Counted from the stretch's first letter, positions 1-8,872 are shown. The stretch: 64,000 bases of DNA from an uncultured Candidatus Rokubacteria bacterium (GCA_963754315.1 CAVWFS010000006.1:1-64000); one strand, 5' to 3'. Notes: generated by a model not told the origin, from the sequence alone. Translations and numbers: made by a program.

Positions 1-37
1 CAGTGCCAACGACGAGAAGACCCCCGAGGCGATCCTT

Positions 38-165
38 GCGCAGGAGCGCGAGCTGCGATGCGGCGAAGATCCCAATGACCGCCCACGCGGTGGGCGACCC
101 GAAGAACACCGGCGCGAACACGCGGGAGACCGTGCCGCCGAGGCCCTGGCGCGCGACCAGCCGGC
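38..165 (-). pseudogene. Fragment resembling the N-terminal region of a DHCR7-like (ERG4/ERG24 family) sterol reductase
   Basis: Manual minus-strand translation gives RLVARQGLGGTVSRVFAPVFFGSPTAWAVIGIFAASQLALLR, which resembles the segment before LPGK in bacterial/plant Delta7-sterol reductases as I recall them. The expected continuation and a proper start are absent. It lies next to the sterol genes. Confidence 0.45.
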
Positions 166-277
166 CGCGGCCGAAGTCGTTGCCGGGCCCGCCGGTGACG
201 GGCAGCTCCAGCCTATCCCGGGACGGCCCGGTGATCGCAGCGCACCCGGAGCCGGCGCGGGCGCAACGGAGGGCCCT

Positions 278-1282
278 ATGCGAGTTCTCGTGACTGGAGG
301 CAGCGGGCATCTTGGCGCCAATCTGGTCCGGCGGCTTCTCGCCGAGGGCCAGGCCGTGCGCGTGCTCGCCCAGCGCGACAGCGACAACGAGGCCCTGCGC
401 GGCCTCGACCTCGAGTGGGCGTGGGGCGACCTCCGCGACCGCGCCGCGGTGGACGCCGCCGTGCGCGGCGTCGAGCGTATCTATCATGCCGCCGCCAAGG
501 TGTCCAGCGCCGAGACCCATCGGCAGGAGATCTACGAGTGCAACGTGCTCGGCAGCCGCCACGTCCTGCACGCCGCGCTCACGCACGGCGTCCGGCGCGT
601 GGTGGTGACCGGGTCGTTCAGCGCCGTCGGCCATCTGCCCGATCGGCCGGCCGACGAGAGCGTCCCCGTGAACCCGTTCGCCGAGCTTCTGCCCTATCAG
701 CGCTCGAAGGTCGCCGTCGAGCACGAGTGCCTCAAGGCGGTGGTGGACGGACTCGACGTGGTGATCGCGACCTCCTGCGCCATTCTCGGCCCGCACGACT
801 ACAAGCCCTCCCGCATGGGCCAGGTGCTGCTGGACTTCGCGCGGGGCCGGCTCCGCGCGTACATCCCGGGGGGATTCGAGTTCGTGGCCGCGCGGGACAT
901 CGTCGAGGGACACCGGCTCGCCATGGACAAGGGCGCCACCGGGCAGAAGTACATCTTCTCCTCTGGCTTCCGCACCGTGGACCAGCTGATGGGGATCTAC
1001 GAGCAGGTCTCGGGCCGCCGACGACCGCGCCTGCGCCTGCCCCCGCCGCTCATGGCCGGCATCGCCCGCGTGGTCGATGCCGTGGTGACCCGCATGGCCC
1101 CCCACGTCGAGCCCCGCTTCACGTCCGGGGCAGTGCGCATCCTCCGGATGGGCCGGCGGGCCGACATCAGCAAGGCCCGGACGCAGCTCGGCTTCGAACC
1201 GACTTCCATCGAGGACGCCGTCCGGGAGGCGTATGACGACTTCGCCCGCCGGGGTCTCGTGCCCGCGCGGGGCCGCGCCTGA
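278..1282 (+). CDS. NAD-dependent epimerase/dehydratase, 3-beta-hydroxysteroid dehydrogenase-like extended SDR
   Basis: TGGSGHLG Rossmann motif and YQRSK (YxxxK). GGAGG lies upstream of the ATG. The gene ends 2 nt before CYP51. Confidence 0.9.
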   Translation: MRVLVTGGSGHLGANLVRRLLAEGQAVRVLAQRDSDNEALRGLDLEWAWGDLRDRAAVDAAVRGVERIYHAAAKVSSAETHRQEIYECNVLGSRHVLHAALTHGVRRVVVTGSFSAVGHLPDRPADESVPVNPFAELLPYQRSKVAVEHECLKAVVDGLDVVIATSCAILGPHDYKPSRMGQVLLDFARGRLRAYIPGGFEFVAARDIVEGHRLAMDKGATGQKYIFSSGFRTVDQLMGIYEQVSGRRRPRLRLPPPLMAGIARVVDAVVTRMAPHVEPRFTSGAVRILRMGRRADISKARTQLGFEPTSIEDAVREAYDDFARRGLVPARGRA

Positions 1283-1284
1283 CG

Positions 1285-2670
1285 GTGGCGGCACTTCCCC
1301 CTCAGCTCCCCGGCGGCTGGCCCTGGCTGGGGCACGCCCTGGCGCTGCGCCGCGATCCCGTGGGCCTGCTCCGGCGCGGCCGCGCGCGGTTCGGCGAGAT
1401 CTTCGGCTTCCGCCTGGCCGGGCGGGACGTCACGGCGTTCGTGGGGCCCGGGGCCCAGGCCGCCTTCTTCGCGGCGGAGGAGAGCCAGCTCAGCGCCCGC
1501 GAGGTCTACCAATTCACGGTTCCCGTCTTCGGGCCCGGCGTCGTCTACGACGTGCGGCCGGAGATCCTCGACGAGCAGATGCGCTTCCTCATCCCCGCGC
1601 TGCGCGACGAGCGGCTGCGCGCCTATGCCCGCGTCATGCGCGAGGAGGTCGAGGCCTACGTGGAGGGGTGGGGCGACGAGGGTGAGGTCGATCTCCTGGT
1701 CGTCCTTAACGAGCTCACGGTCTTCATCGCCAGTCACTGCCTGATCGGCGGGGAGTTTCGCCGGCGCCTGTCGAAGGAGTTCGCCCACCTCTACCACGAC
1801 CTCGAGGGCGGCATCACCCTGCTCGCGTTCGTCAACCCCTACCTGCCGCTGCCCGCCTTCCGGCGGCGCGACCGCGCGCGAGCCCGGGTCACCGCGCTGA
1901 TCTCGGGCGTGATCGCGGAGCGCCGCGCCCGCGGGTTCGCGGGAGAGGACTTCTTACAGACGCTCATGGAGGCACGCGATGCCGATGGCCAGGGTCTGAG
2001 CGACGAGGTCATCGCCGGCCTCCTGCTCGCCGTCATCTTCGCCGGCCAGCACACGAGCGCGGTGATGGGGGCGTGGACGGGCATCCTCCTGCTCGAGCAT
2101 CCCGAGTTCCTGCCTGCCGTCCTAGCCGAGCAGGAGGCGGTACTCGGGCGAGGGGAGATGACCATTGGCCGCCTGCGCGACCTCGCCGTCCTCGAGCGCG
2201 CCGTCAAGGAAGCCGAGCGCATGCATCCGCCCCTCATCCTTCTCATGCGCCTGGTGGCCCAGGACTTTGCCGTCGGGGATTACGTGATCCCGGCCGGCGG
2301 CTTGGCCATGGTCTCGCCCGCCGCCGCGCACCGGCTCCCCGAGGTTTTCGCCGATCCCGATCGTTACGACCCCGAGCGATTCGCCCCGCCGCGCCTGGAG
2401 GATCGGCGGACCCGGCATGCCCTGATCGGCTTCGGGGGAGGCCATCACCGGTGCATCGGGTCGACCTTCGCGCTGCAGCAGATCAAGATCATCTGGTCCA
2501 TCCTCTTCCAGCGCTTCGAGCTGTCGCTCGCGCGCTCGGGCCACCAGCCCGACTACACGACCTTCGTGGTGGGGCCGCGCGCGCCGTGCCGAGTTCGCTA
2601 CCGGCGCCGGCGGCGCCGGCTCGTCACCGTCCCCAACCTCGTCCCCTCGATCGCCCATCCCACGGCATAG
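1285..2670 (+). CDS. cyp51: Cytochrome P450, sterol 14-alpha-demethylase (CYP51) family
   Basis: CYP51 signatures YQFTVPVFGPGVVYD and FAGQHTS, the ExxR motif (EAER) and the heme motif FGGGHHRCIG. No N-terminal membrane anchor. Confidence 0.93.
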   Translation: MAALPPQLPGGWPWLGHALALRRDPVGLLRRGRARFGEIFGFRLAGRDVTAFVGPGAQAAFFAAEESQLSAREVYQFTVPVFGPGVVYDVRPEILDEQMRFLIPALRDERLRAYARVMREEVEAYVEGWGDEGEVDLLVVLNELTVFIASHCLIGGEFRRRLSKEFAHLYHDLEGGITLLAFVNPYLPLPAFRRRDRARARVTALISGVIAERRARGFAGEDFLQTLMEARDADGQGLSDEVIAGLLLAVIFAGQHTSAVMGAWTGILLLEHPEFLPAVLAEQEAVLGRGEMTIGRLRDLAVLERAVKEAERMHPPLILLMRLVAQDFAVGDYVIPAGGLAMVSPAAAHRLPEVFADPDRYDPERFAPPRLEDRRTRHALIGFGGGHHRCIGSTFALQQIKIIWSILFQRFELSLARSGHQPDYTTFVVGPRAPCRVRYRRRRRRLVTVPNLVPSIAHPTA

Positions 2671-2815
2671 CCCCGGCGTGACCGCGGCGCGCGACCGCGC
2701 CTACGATCACCTCCTCGCCCAGTAGCGCCCGCGCGGGCGGCGGGAGCGCGCCGACGAGCCCGTCCGGGGAGGGGACCGAGACGCGTCTGCGGCGTCGCCG
2801 GAGGCATCTCGGGCG

Positions 2816-3018
2816 CTCTTCCCGCGGCTTCAGGGGCCCGAGCGCACCTGATACTGCGTGGCGCACACCTGGTCGACAGCCAGGAGCACTGCCTCGTCTC
2901 GGGGCTGGCCGTGGCCCGGCAGCTGGGCACGGACTATCCCTTCGCCGATGACGAGGCGCGCCGGTGGTTCAACTTCTACGGCCGGATGGTTATCGACCGG
3001 TCCTTCCGTCGGGCGTGA
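2816..3018 (+). pseudogene. C-terminal remnant of an FAD-dependent oxidoreductase (amine-oxidase-like)
   Basis: Reads LFPRLQGPERT*YC.AHT, then after a frameshift LVDSQEHCLVSGLAVARQLGTDYPF...RRA*. There is an in-frame TGA at 2849-2851 and no N-terminus. Confidence 0.55.
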
Positions 3019-3087
3019 GGCGGCGAGCGCGGCCCGGGCGGAGCCCCTGGTTTAGATCTCGCGCTGTAGCAGATCGTGCGGCGAGGA

Positions 3088-4125
3088 TTACGGCGCCGCC
3101 GTCCCGGCGAGCGCGACCTCCGCGGCGGGCGGCGCCGAGTAGAACTGGCGCGCCCAGCGCCGGTACTGCATCACGGGGCCGTCGCCCTCGACCAGGATCG
3201 GGTCCGGGCGATGGATCCTGTGCTCGAAGATCGGCACGTCCTGGTCGATCGTCCTCCGGCCTTCGCGGAGGGCCTTGCGGCCGAGCGCCCACGTCACCAG
3301 GGGGTTGACGACGCGCCGCAGGCTGAGCAGGGAGTCGACTTCCACCTCGTGCTCGTCCACGGGCGTGAACGTGAACAGGAAGAGGTAGGCCAGATCGAGC
3401 CCGGCCTCCACCCAGGCGCGGTTGACGGCAACCCCGAGCCCGTAGTAGGTGACCTCCAGCGGCCCTGTCACGCGCGCGCCGAGCCAGCGTGCCACGGGGA
3501 ACAGCCGGTACTGGTGCGCCATGCGATGGACGAGAACCGGGCCGTCCGTCTCCAGCGCCTCGCTCGTGATGGCCTCCGTCTGGTTGCCATGCACGAGGGG
3601 CATGTGCGCGGTGTCGATGCCGTTCTCGGCCACGTCCTGGATGTGGGCACGGATGCGCCAGCGCGGCCCGGACCGCAGCGGCGTCCAGGCGGGGTTCTCG
3701 AGCTCCGGGAAGGCCGGCAGCTGCCACGCCGGCGGCTCGCCCCTCGCGTGGTGATGGACCATGACGAGGCCGTTGACCTCCCGCACCGGCCAGGCGCCGA
3801 TCCGCGCCCGCGCCGGGATGGCGCGCGCGTAGGGGATCTGCCGGCAGGCCCCGTCGCTCCCGATCAGCCAGCCGTGGAACGGGCAGCGCAGGGCGTCGCC
3901 CTCGACCGTGCCCCCGTGTCCGAGGTGGGCGCCCAGGTGCGGGCAGTGCGCGTCGAGCACGTGCACCTGGCCGTCCTCGCCACGAAAGAGGACGAGGTCG
4001 CGCCCGAAATAGCGGATGGGCCGCACCGCGCGCAGCGGCACCTCTCCCGAGCGGGCCACGCGGAACCACCCGTCGGGAAAGGGCGAGGGTATCGGGCGGG
4101 ATCCGTTGCGGGACGGCGCCGTCAT
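3088..4125 (-). CDS. Rieske non-heme iron oxygenase (Neverland/DAF-36, SdmA or KshA-like sterol oxygenase)
   Basis: Rieske ligands CPHLG...CPFHG and the mononuclear Fe motif ENGIDTAHMPLVH. The start at 4125 overlaps the SMT stop (ATGA), so the longer ORF to 4371 is spurious. Confidence 0.88.
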   Translation of the reverse strand: MTAPSRNGSRPIPSPFPDGWFRVARSGEVPLRAVRPIRYFGRDLVLFRGEDGQVHVLDAHCPHLGAHLGHGGTVEGDALRCPFHGWLIGSDGACRQIPYARAIPARARIGAWPVREVNGLVMVHHHARGEPPAWQLPAFPELENPAWTPLRSGPRWRIRAHIQDVAENGIDTAHMPLVHGNQTEAITSEALETDGPVLVHRMAHQYRLFPVARWLGARVTGPLEVTYYGLGVAVNRAWVEAGLDLAYLFLFTFTPVDEHEVEVDSLLSLRRVVNPLVTWALGRKALREGRRTIDQDVPIFEHRIHRPDPILVEGDGPVMQYRRWARQFYSAPPAAEVALAGTAAP

Positions 4126-5147
4126 CGCGGCTTGTGGGCGAGGACGTAGAACATCGGCGTGAAGATGCCGGTCTGGCCGCCGCGCACCAGAGCATCGGCG
4201 GCGCGGTTCAGGAAGGTGCTGACCGCCGCCGACCCGCGGGGCGCGATGCGCACGGCCTCTAGCGCCCGCAGCGCGAGGTTCGTGGCGGCGCGGCCGGCCC
4301 GCGTGTGCCGGAAGCCGGCCAGTGACCAGCGGCCGGCAAGGGGCTCGTACCACGGCGTCTCCGGGTCGCATTCCGGCGCCAGGTCCCGGTGCTCCAGCAC
4401 CTCGAGCCCGGCCCGATCAAGGGCGTCGAGCACCACATGGAAGGGCACCAGGTCGGGTAGCGCGTCGCCGGCCTCGATGTCCGCCTTGATCGCGCGGTGC
4501 TCGGGATCGCCGGGGTCGTAGCGCGGGGTGAGGCACCACTCATAGCTACCGAAGATCGCGCCTGGCTTCATCACCCGCGCCAGGCTCGCGAACAGCCGGG
4601 CGCGCTCGGGCGCGTGGCAGGTCGCCTCGATGGCGTAGACGGCATCGTAGGGGCCGTCGTCGGGCGGGATCTCCATGAAGTCGCCGTGCCGGAACTCGCA
4701 CAGGTGATCGAGCCCGGCCGCCCGTGTCTGCTCGAGGCCGCGCCGGATCTGGTAGGCGCTGGCGTTGATGCCGACGATCCGGGCCCCGGAAAAGCGCGTG
4801 ATCGCCCGCATGGGCCCGCCCACGCCGCACCCCACGTCCAGCACGCGCATGCCGGGGCGCAGACCCAGCCGGAGGGCCAGGAAGAACTCGTGGCGGGCGA
4901 GCGACGCGGCGAGCGACTCGCCCCGGTGGCGAGGGGCGAAGTGAAACGACTGTCCCCAGCCAAACTCGTAGAAGTCCGTCACCAGGTCGTAGAAGTCGCC
5001 GACCATGCGCGCGTAGTGCCGCTGGCGCGCATCGACGCTACCGGTGGCTGCATTGTGCAGGGCGAGGTAGCGCGCTGCGGTGGGCGCGACGTCACGTCGC
5101 GGCAAGGAGGTCTGCACGAGGTCCGTCAGTCCCGGGTCGTCGGGCAT
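4122..5147 (-). CDS. smt: Sterol C-24 methyltransferase (SMT/ERG6 family)
   Basis: All SMT regions are present: FYEFGWGQSFHFA, VLDVGCGVGGP (SAM binding), AIEATCHAP, KPGAIFGSYEW, and the C-terminal GIFTPMFY. Confidence 0.93.
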   Translation of the reverse strand: MPDDPGLTDLVQTSLPRRDVAPTAARYLALHNAATGSVDARQRHYARMVGDFYDLVTDFYEFGWGQSFHFAPRHRGESLAASLARHEFFLALRLGLRPGMRVLDVGCGVGGPMRAITRFSGARIVGINASAYQIRRGLEQTRAAGLDHLCEFRHGDFMEIPPDDGPYDAVYAIEATCHAPERARLFASLARVMKPGAIFGSYEWCLTPRYDPGDPEHRAIKADIEAGDALPDLVPFHVVLDALDRAGLEVLEHRDLAPECDPETPWYEPLAGRWSLAGFRHTRAGRAATNLALRALEAVRIAPRGSAAVSTFLNRAADALVRGGQTGIFTPMFYVLAHKPR

Positions 5148-5225
5148 GTGTGCTCCGGGTGCCGAGCGAGTGCTAGGCTACCAGATGCGCGGATCCGCAG
5201 CTGGTCTATTATCTCTCGGAGCGTG

Positions 5226-6635
5226 ATGAGGCCAGGGACCCCACACGAGACCACGGCGCCTGCGCTCGGGGACGTCGAGCCCCGGGCAGCCCGCGCGGAA
5301 CGCCCCCGGGCGCCCGGGGGTGTGCCGGAGAGCGTCCCCGCCAGGGAATTCGGCGGCGCCTGGGGCTCGGGGGCGGCGCTCCTCCTGCTCCCGGCCGCTG
5401 TCTACTACCTCTGGATCGCGGTCGAGTTCCACGGCGGCGCGCTGCCACGTCCCCCTTCGCTGGCCCCTCACGCAATGGCCGAGTTCCTCGGCTCGCTGGC
5501 CGGTCGCGTGGTCACCCATGCGTGGCCCACGAAAACGGCGCTCGCCATCTACGGGGGCTGGCTCGCGTGGCAAGCGCTCCTGTCTCTCGTGGGCCCGGGA
5601 CCTACTGGGCAGGGGGCCCTCCTGCCTGACGGTCGCTCGCGACTCACCTACCGGTACAACGGCCTGTTCGCCTGGTACGCCACCCTGGCCGCCGCGGCCG
5701 TCCTGCACGTGACCGGGCTCTTTCCGATCACGCGGCTGCACGCCCATTTCGGACCGCTGCTCACGGTGGCGACGCTGGTGGCCACCGCGCTCGCCGCCGC
5801 CTGCCACGTGGGAGCGCGGTGGTCGGGCCGGGCGGAGCGGCGGACCGGGAACCTCGTCCAGGACTTCTTCATGGGCGCGGTTCTTAATCCCCGCCTGGGG
5901 CCCTTCGACATCAAGTTCTTCGTCGAGCTGCGGCCCGGGATCATGCTGTGGTTCCTTTTCACCGTGTCCATGCTGGTCCGGCAGTACGAGACCCGCGGCA
6001 GCGTGACGACCTCCATGGCGTTGCTCGCCTTCTACTACCTCTGCTACGTCAACGCCTGCTACAAGGGCGAGGAATGCGTCCCCATGAGCATGGACATCGC
6101 CCGCGAGAACTTCGGCTGGATGCTGGCCTGGGGCAACCTGGTGTGGGTCCCGTTCGTCTACTGCCTACCGGCCTACTACGTTCTCCAGGCCGGCGTGGAT
6201 ATTCCTCTCGGCTGGGCCGCGGCCCTACTGGCCCTCCACCTCTTGGCCTACTGGGTGTTCGACACCGCGAACAGCCAGAAGGACTACTTCCGCAACGCCG
6301 GCCGGCGCCTGCGCCGCGCGCTCCCGCGCCTGCCCTGGGGGCGGCTGCACGCGCCGCAGACGCTGCCGACCGTGCGCGGCACCCCCCTCCTGGTCAGCGG
6401 CTGGTGGGGCCTCGCCCGCCACGTCAACTACACCGGGGACATCGCGATGGCGTGGACTTGGGCCCTCACGTGCGGGTTCGGCTCGCTCGTGCCCTACGTC
6501 TACCCGGTCGCGCTGACGGCGCTGCTCGTCCACCGGGAACACCGCGACGACCGCGACTGCCGGGAGAAGTACGGGGCCGACTGGGCGGCATACTGCCGGC
6601 GCGTCCCCTACCGCTTCGTGCCCGGCATCTACTGA
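5226..6635 (+). CDS. ERG4/ERG24/LBR-family sterol reductase, closest in motifs to Delta24(28) reductase ERG4
   Basis: Multi-pass membrane protein with DFFMGAVLNPR, YVNACYKGEE, ENFGWML, DTANSQKDYFR, LLVSGWWGLARHVNYTGD and KYGADWAAYCRRVPYRFVPGIY. The start is approximate. Confidence 0.9.
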   Translation: MRPGTPHETTAPALGDVEPRAARAERPRAPGGVPESVPAREFGGAWGSGAALLLLPAAVYYLWIAVEFHGGALPRPPSLAPHAMAEFLGSLAGRVVTHAWPTKTALAIYGGWLAWQALLSLVGPGPTGQGALLPDGRSRLTYRYNGLFAWYATLAAAAVLHVTGLFPITRLHAHFGPLLTVATLVATALAAACHVGARWSGRAERRTGNLVQDFFMGAVLNPRLGPFDIKFFVELRPGIMLWFLFTVSMLVRQYETRGSVTTSMALLAFYYLCYVNACYKGEECVPMSMDIARENFGWMLAWGNLVWVPFVYCLPAYYVLQAGVDIPLGWAAALLALHLLAYWVFDTANSQKDYFRNAGRRLRRALPRLPWGRLHAPQTLPTVRGTPLLVSGWWGLARHVNYTGDIAMAWTWALTCGFGSLVPYVYPVALTALLVHREHRDDRDCREKYGADWAAYCRRVPYRFVPGIY

Positions 6636-6834
6636 CCCTCGCGTGTCGGCGACGGCGACAGCATAGATTCTTCCTGCGTTGGTTCTCTGTTTTTTGCGAT
6701 GAAGTTTCCTCGACGGCACCTGCCTGGTCAAAAAGATATTACGAGCTGGCAAAGCGTTCGCGTCGGCTCCGAAACATTCGCGCTGGAACTGACTCGGGCG
6801 GGCGCCAACACAGGCTGCGGCGCCGATGACAGCA

Positions 6835-7049
6835 TCGGCATGGTGGACGAGTTCTCGGCGGTCGTGGCGGAGTATCACAAAGCCGAAGAGCAGGCGAAAG
6901 GTCAGAGTCGGTACGACAAAGAAGTCGACGGCCACGATGTCGTGACGGTGAGCAGCCAGGAAGGCTCGCCCGGTAGGCGACGGGTGACGGGCGGCGCGGC
7001 GCATGTACTGGCGACCGTGAGGGCGGCGACTTCGTAGCCGAGGAAGCGG
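6835..7049 (-). pseudogene. Remnant of an rve-domain (IS481-like) transposase interrupted by the adjacent IS
   Basis: Peptide AFLAAHRHDIVAVDFFVVPTLTFRLLFGFVILRHDRRELVH is homologous to the intact transposase at 7260-8285. Confidence 0.75.
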
Positions 7050-8360
7050 TGTCCCTCGCCAGAACCCCATCCGCCCGCTTCTCGACTACGCTCGATCGGC
7101 CGATGGGCCCGGCGACACGATGGGGAGAAGCGTAGACGCGTTCCCGACCACGGGGCTCGGCCCCTCAGGTCGGGGCCGCATCGGTGAAGAGGCGGATTGC
7201 TGCGCAGAATGAATGGGTAGGTAGTAAGGCGTGTACCGGGCCCGCCGAGGCAGGTGCAGTTACGCCGCTCGCCGGACGTAGCGATGGTGCAGGCCACCGA
7301 CTTCGCGGATGGGCACAACGTTTCCCAGCTGCGGCGGCTCGACCGGCCGCCCGTCCGGCGCATCCTTGGAGAGGGAGAGGTGGGTCCGGGCGCGGTGGTA
7401 GTACTTGAAGTATCCGGTGAGTATGTTTCGCAGGTGGCGCTCGCTCAGGACGAGGACATGGTTGAGACACTCTCGCCGTATCGAGCCGATGAGCCGTTCC
7501 GCGAAAGGATTTTGCCACGGGCTTTGGGCAGCTGTGAGGACTTCTTGGATTTGCATGCCCTTCACACGTTGGCGGAAGGAGTCCCCGTAGATGGCATCAC
7601 GATCACGGAGGAGATAGGCGGGGGCGCTGTCGTCGGGGAAGGCGCCCACGATTTGCTGGGCGGTCCAAGCAGAGGTGGGATGCTCGGTGATGTTGAAGTG
7701 CAGTATCCGGCGGCGATGGTGAGCAAGGACCACCAAGACGAAGAGCACACGCAGGCGAGCGGTGGGAACGGTGAAGAAGTCGATCGAAACAAGGCCCGCG
7801 ATGTGGTTGGTGAGAAACGTGCGCCAGGTCTGAGACGGGGGTGGGCGCCGCTTGGAGATCAGCCGAGACACCGTGCGCTCGGAAATGTCAATGCCGAGCT
7901 TGAGGAGCTCGCCATGGATTCTGGGGGCACCCCATAGCGGATTGGTGGCGGCCATCTTTCGGACGAGGGCGATGGTCTCGGCGCTGACCGGCGGCCGGCC
8001 GGAGGGCCGGCCGGAGAGCTTGGCCCAGTGCTTACGGAAACGGCGTCGCTGCCAACGCAGAACCGTGTCGGGCGTAACGAACACGAGGGACTGCCTCCAC
8101 CTGGCCCAGACCCTGGCCAATCCAACCCAGAAAAGCCGGTCCGTCGTACGAAGCTTAGGCGGCGTCGTCGTTCGCTTGTAGACGGAGAGCTGGTGGCGCA
8201 AAGCCAGGTTCTCGATGGCGAGCTGACGGTCGCCGCCGAAGAGGAAGGGGAGGAGCCGAAGCAGGTGGAGCAGGAGAGTGATCATCGAGCTGAGATAGTG
8301 GCCGGATCCGAACCGACAGATCAACCACTTGGCCGGCGGATGGGGTTTTGGCGACGGACA
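7050..8360 (-). mobile_element. Complete insertion sequence, IS481-like, about 1.31 kb
   Basis: Terminal inverted repeats TGTCCCTCGCCAGAACCCCATCCGCC (7050) and TGTCCGTCGCCAAAACCCCATCCGCC (reverse complement ending 8360) match at 24/26. TGT...ACA ends and a single DDE ORF. No obvious target duplication. Confidence 0.85.
7260..8285 (-). CDS. DDE transposase with integrase core (rve) domain
   Basis: WGAPRIHGELLKLG HTH-like segment, then SIDFF, YLLRDRD and QNPFAERLIGSIRRE as the D-D-E motifs. Confidence 0.9.
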   Translation of the reverse strand: MITLLLHLLRLLPFLFGGDRQLAIENLALRHQLSVYKRTTTPPKLRTTDRLFWVGLARVWARWRQSLVFVTPDTVLRWQRRRFRKHWAKLSGRPSGRPPVSAETIALVRKMAATNPLWGAPRIHGELLKLGIDISERTVSRLISKRRPPPSQTWRTFLTNHIAGLVSIDFFTVPTARLRVLFVLVVLAHHRRRILHFNITEHPTSAWTAQQIVGAFPDDSAPAYLLRDRDAIYGDSFRQRVKGMQIQEVLTAAQSPWQNPFAERLIGSIRRECLNHVLVLSERHLRNILTGYFKYYHRARTHLSLSKDAPDGRPVEPPQLGNVVPIREVGGLHHRYVRRAA

Positions 8361-8476
8361 GAGAATCGGAAGAGCCGTCGCCGAGAGTTTTCTTCATCCG
8401 CGATGTCGAGAATCCGGTCCGTGCTCCGACCTACGGATGACGGCGCTGATCACGGCGCCTGAAAGGAGCCAAAGCG

Positions 8477-8872
8477 ATGAAATACATGCTCATGATGCAC
8501 GCACCGAAGGGTAAGGGGGACTGGGAGATCTTCAATTGGCCCCCGCAGGACGTCAAGGCCCACATCGACTTCATGCAGCGGCTGAACAAGGAATTGAGGG
8601 ACGCAGGCGAGCTGGTCGGCGGCGAGGGCTTGACCGGACCGGGCCAGGCCCGGCTCGTGCGGGCAGGCCACGACGGTCGGCCGGTGACCGATGGCGTGTT
8701 TCCGGAGACGAAGGAATTCCTCGCCGGCTACTGGATCATCGAAGTCGATCGTCCGGAGCGCGCCTATGAGGTCGCCGGGAAAGCCTCGGCGGCGCCCGGG
8801 CCCGGCGGCAAGCCGCTGAACATGGACATCGAGGTCCGCGAGGTCATGAGCGTTTCACCCGTCGAGGTGTGA
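8477..8872 (+). CDS. YciI/DGPF-domain protein
   Basis: MKYMLMM...VTDGVFPETKEFLAGYWIIEV. AAGGAG RBS. It overlaps the start of the sigma gene. Confidence 0.88.
   Translation: MKYMLMMHAPKGKGDWEIFNWPPQDVKAHIDFMQRLNKELRDAGELVGGEGLTGPGQARLVRAGHDGRPVTDGVFPETKEFLAGYWIIEVDRPERAYEVAGKASAAPGPGGKPLNMDIEVREVMSVSPVEV

Noticed and set aside
4497..5225. N-terminal extension of the 712-aa reductase ORF
   Set aside because: It lies antisense to the SMT gene, and sterol reductase features begin only after about 5226.
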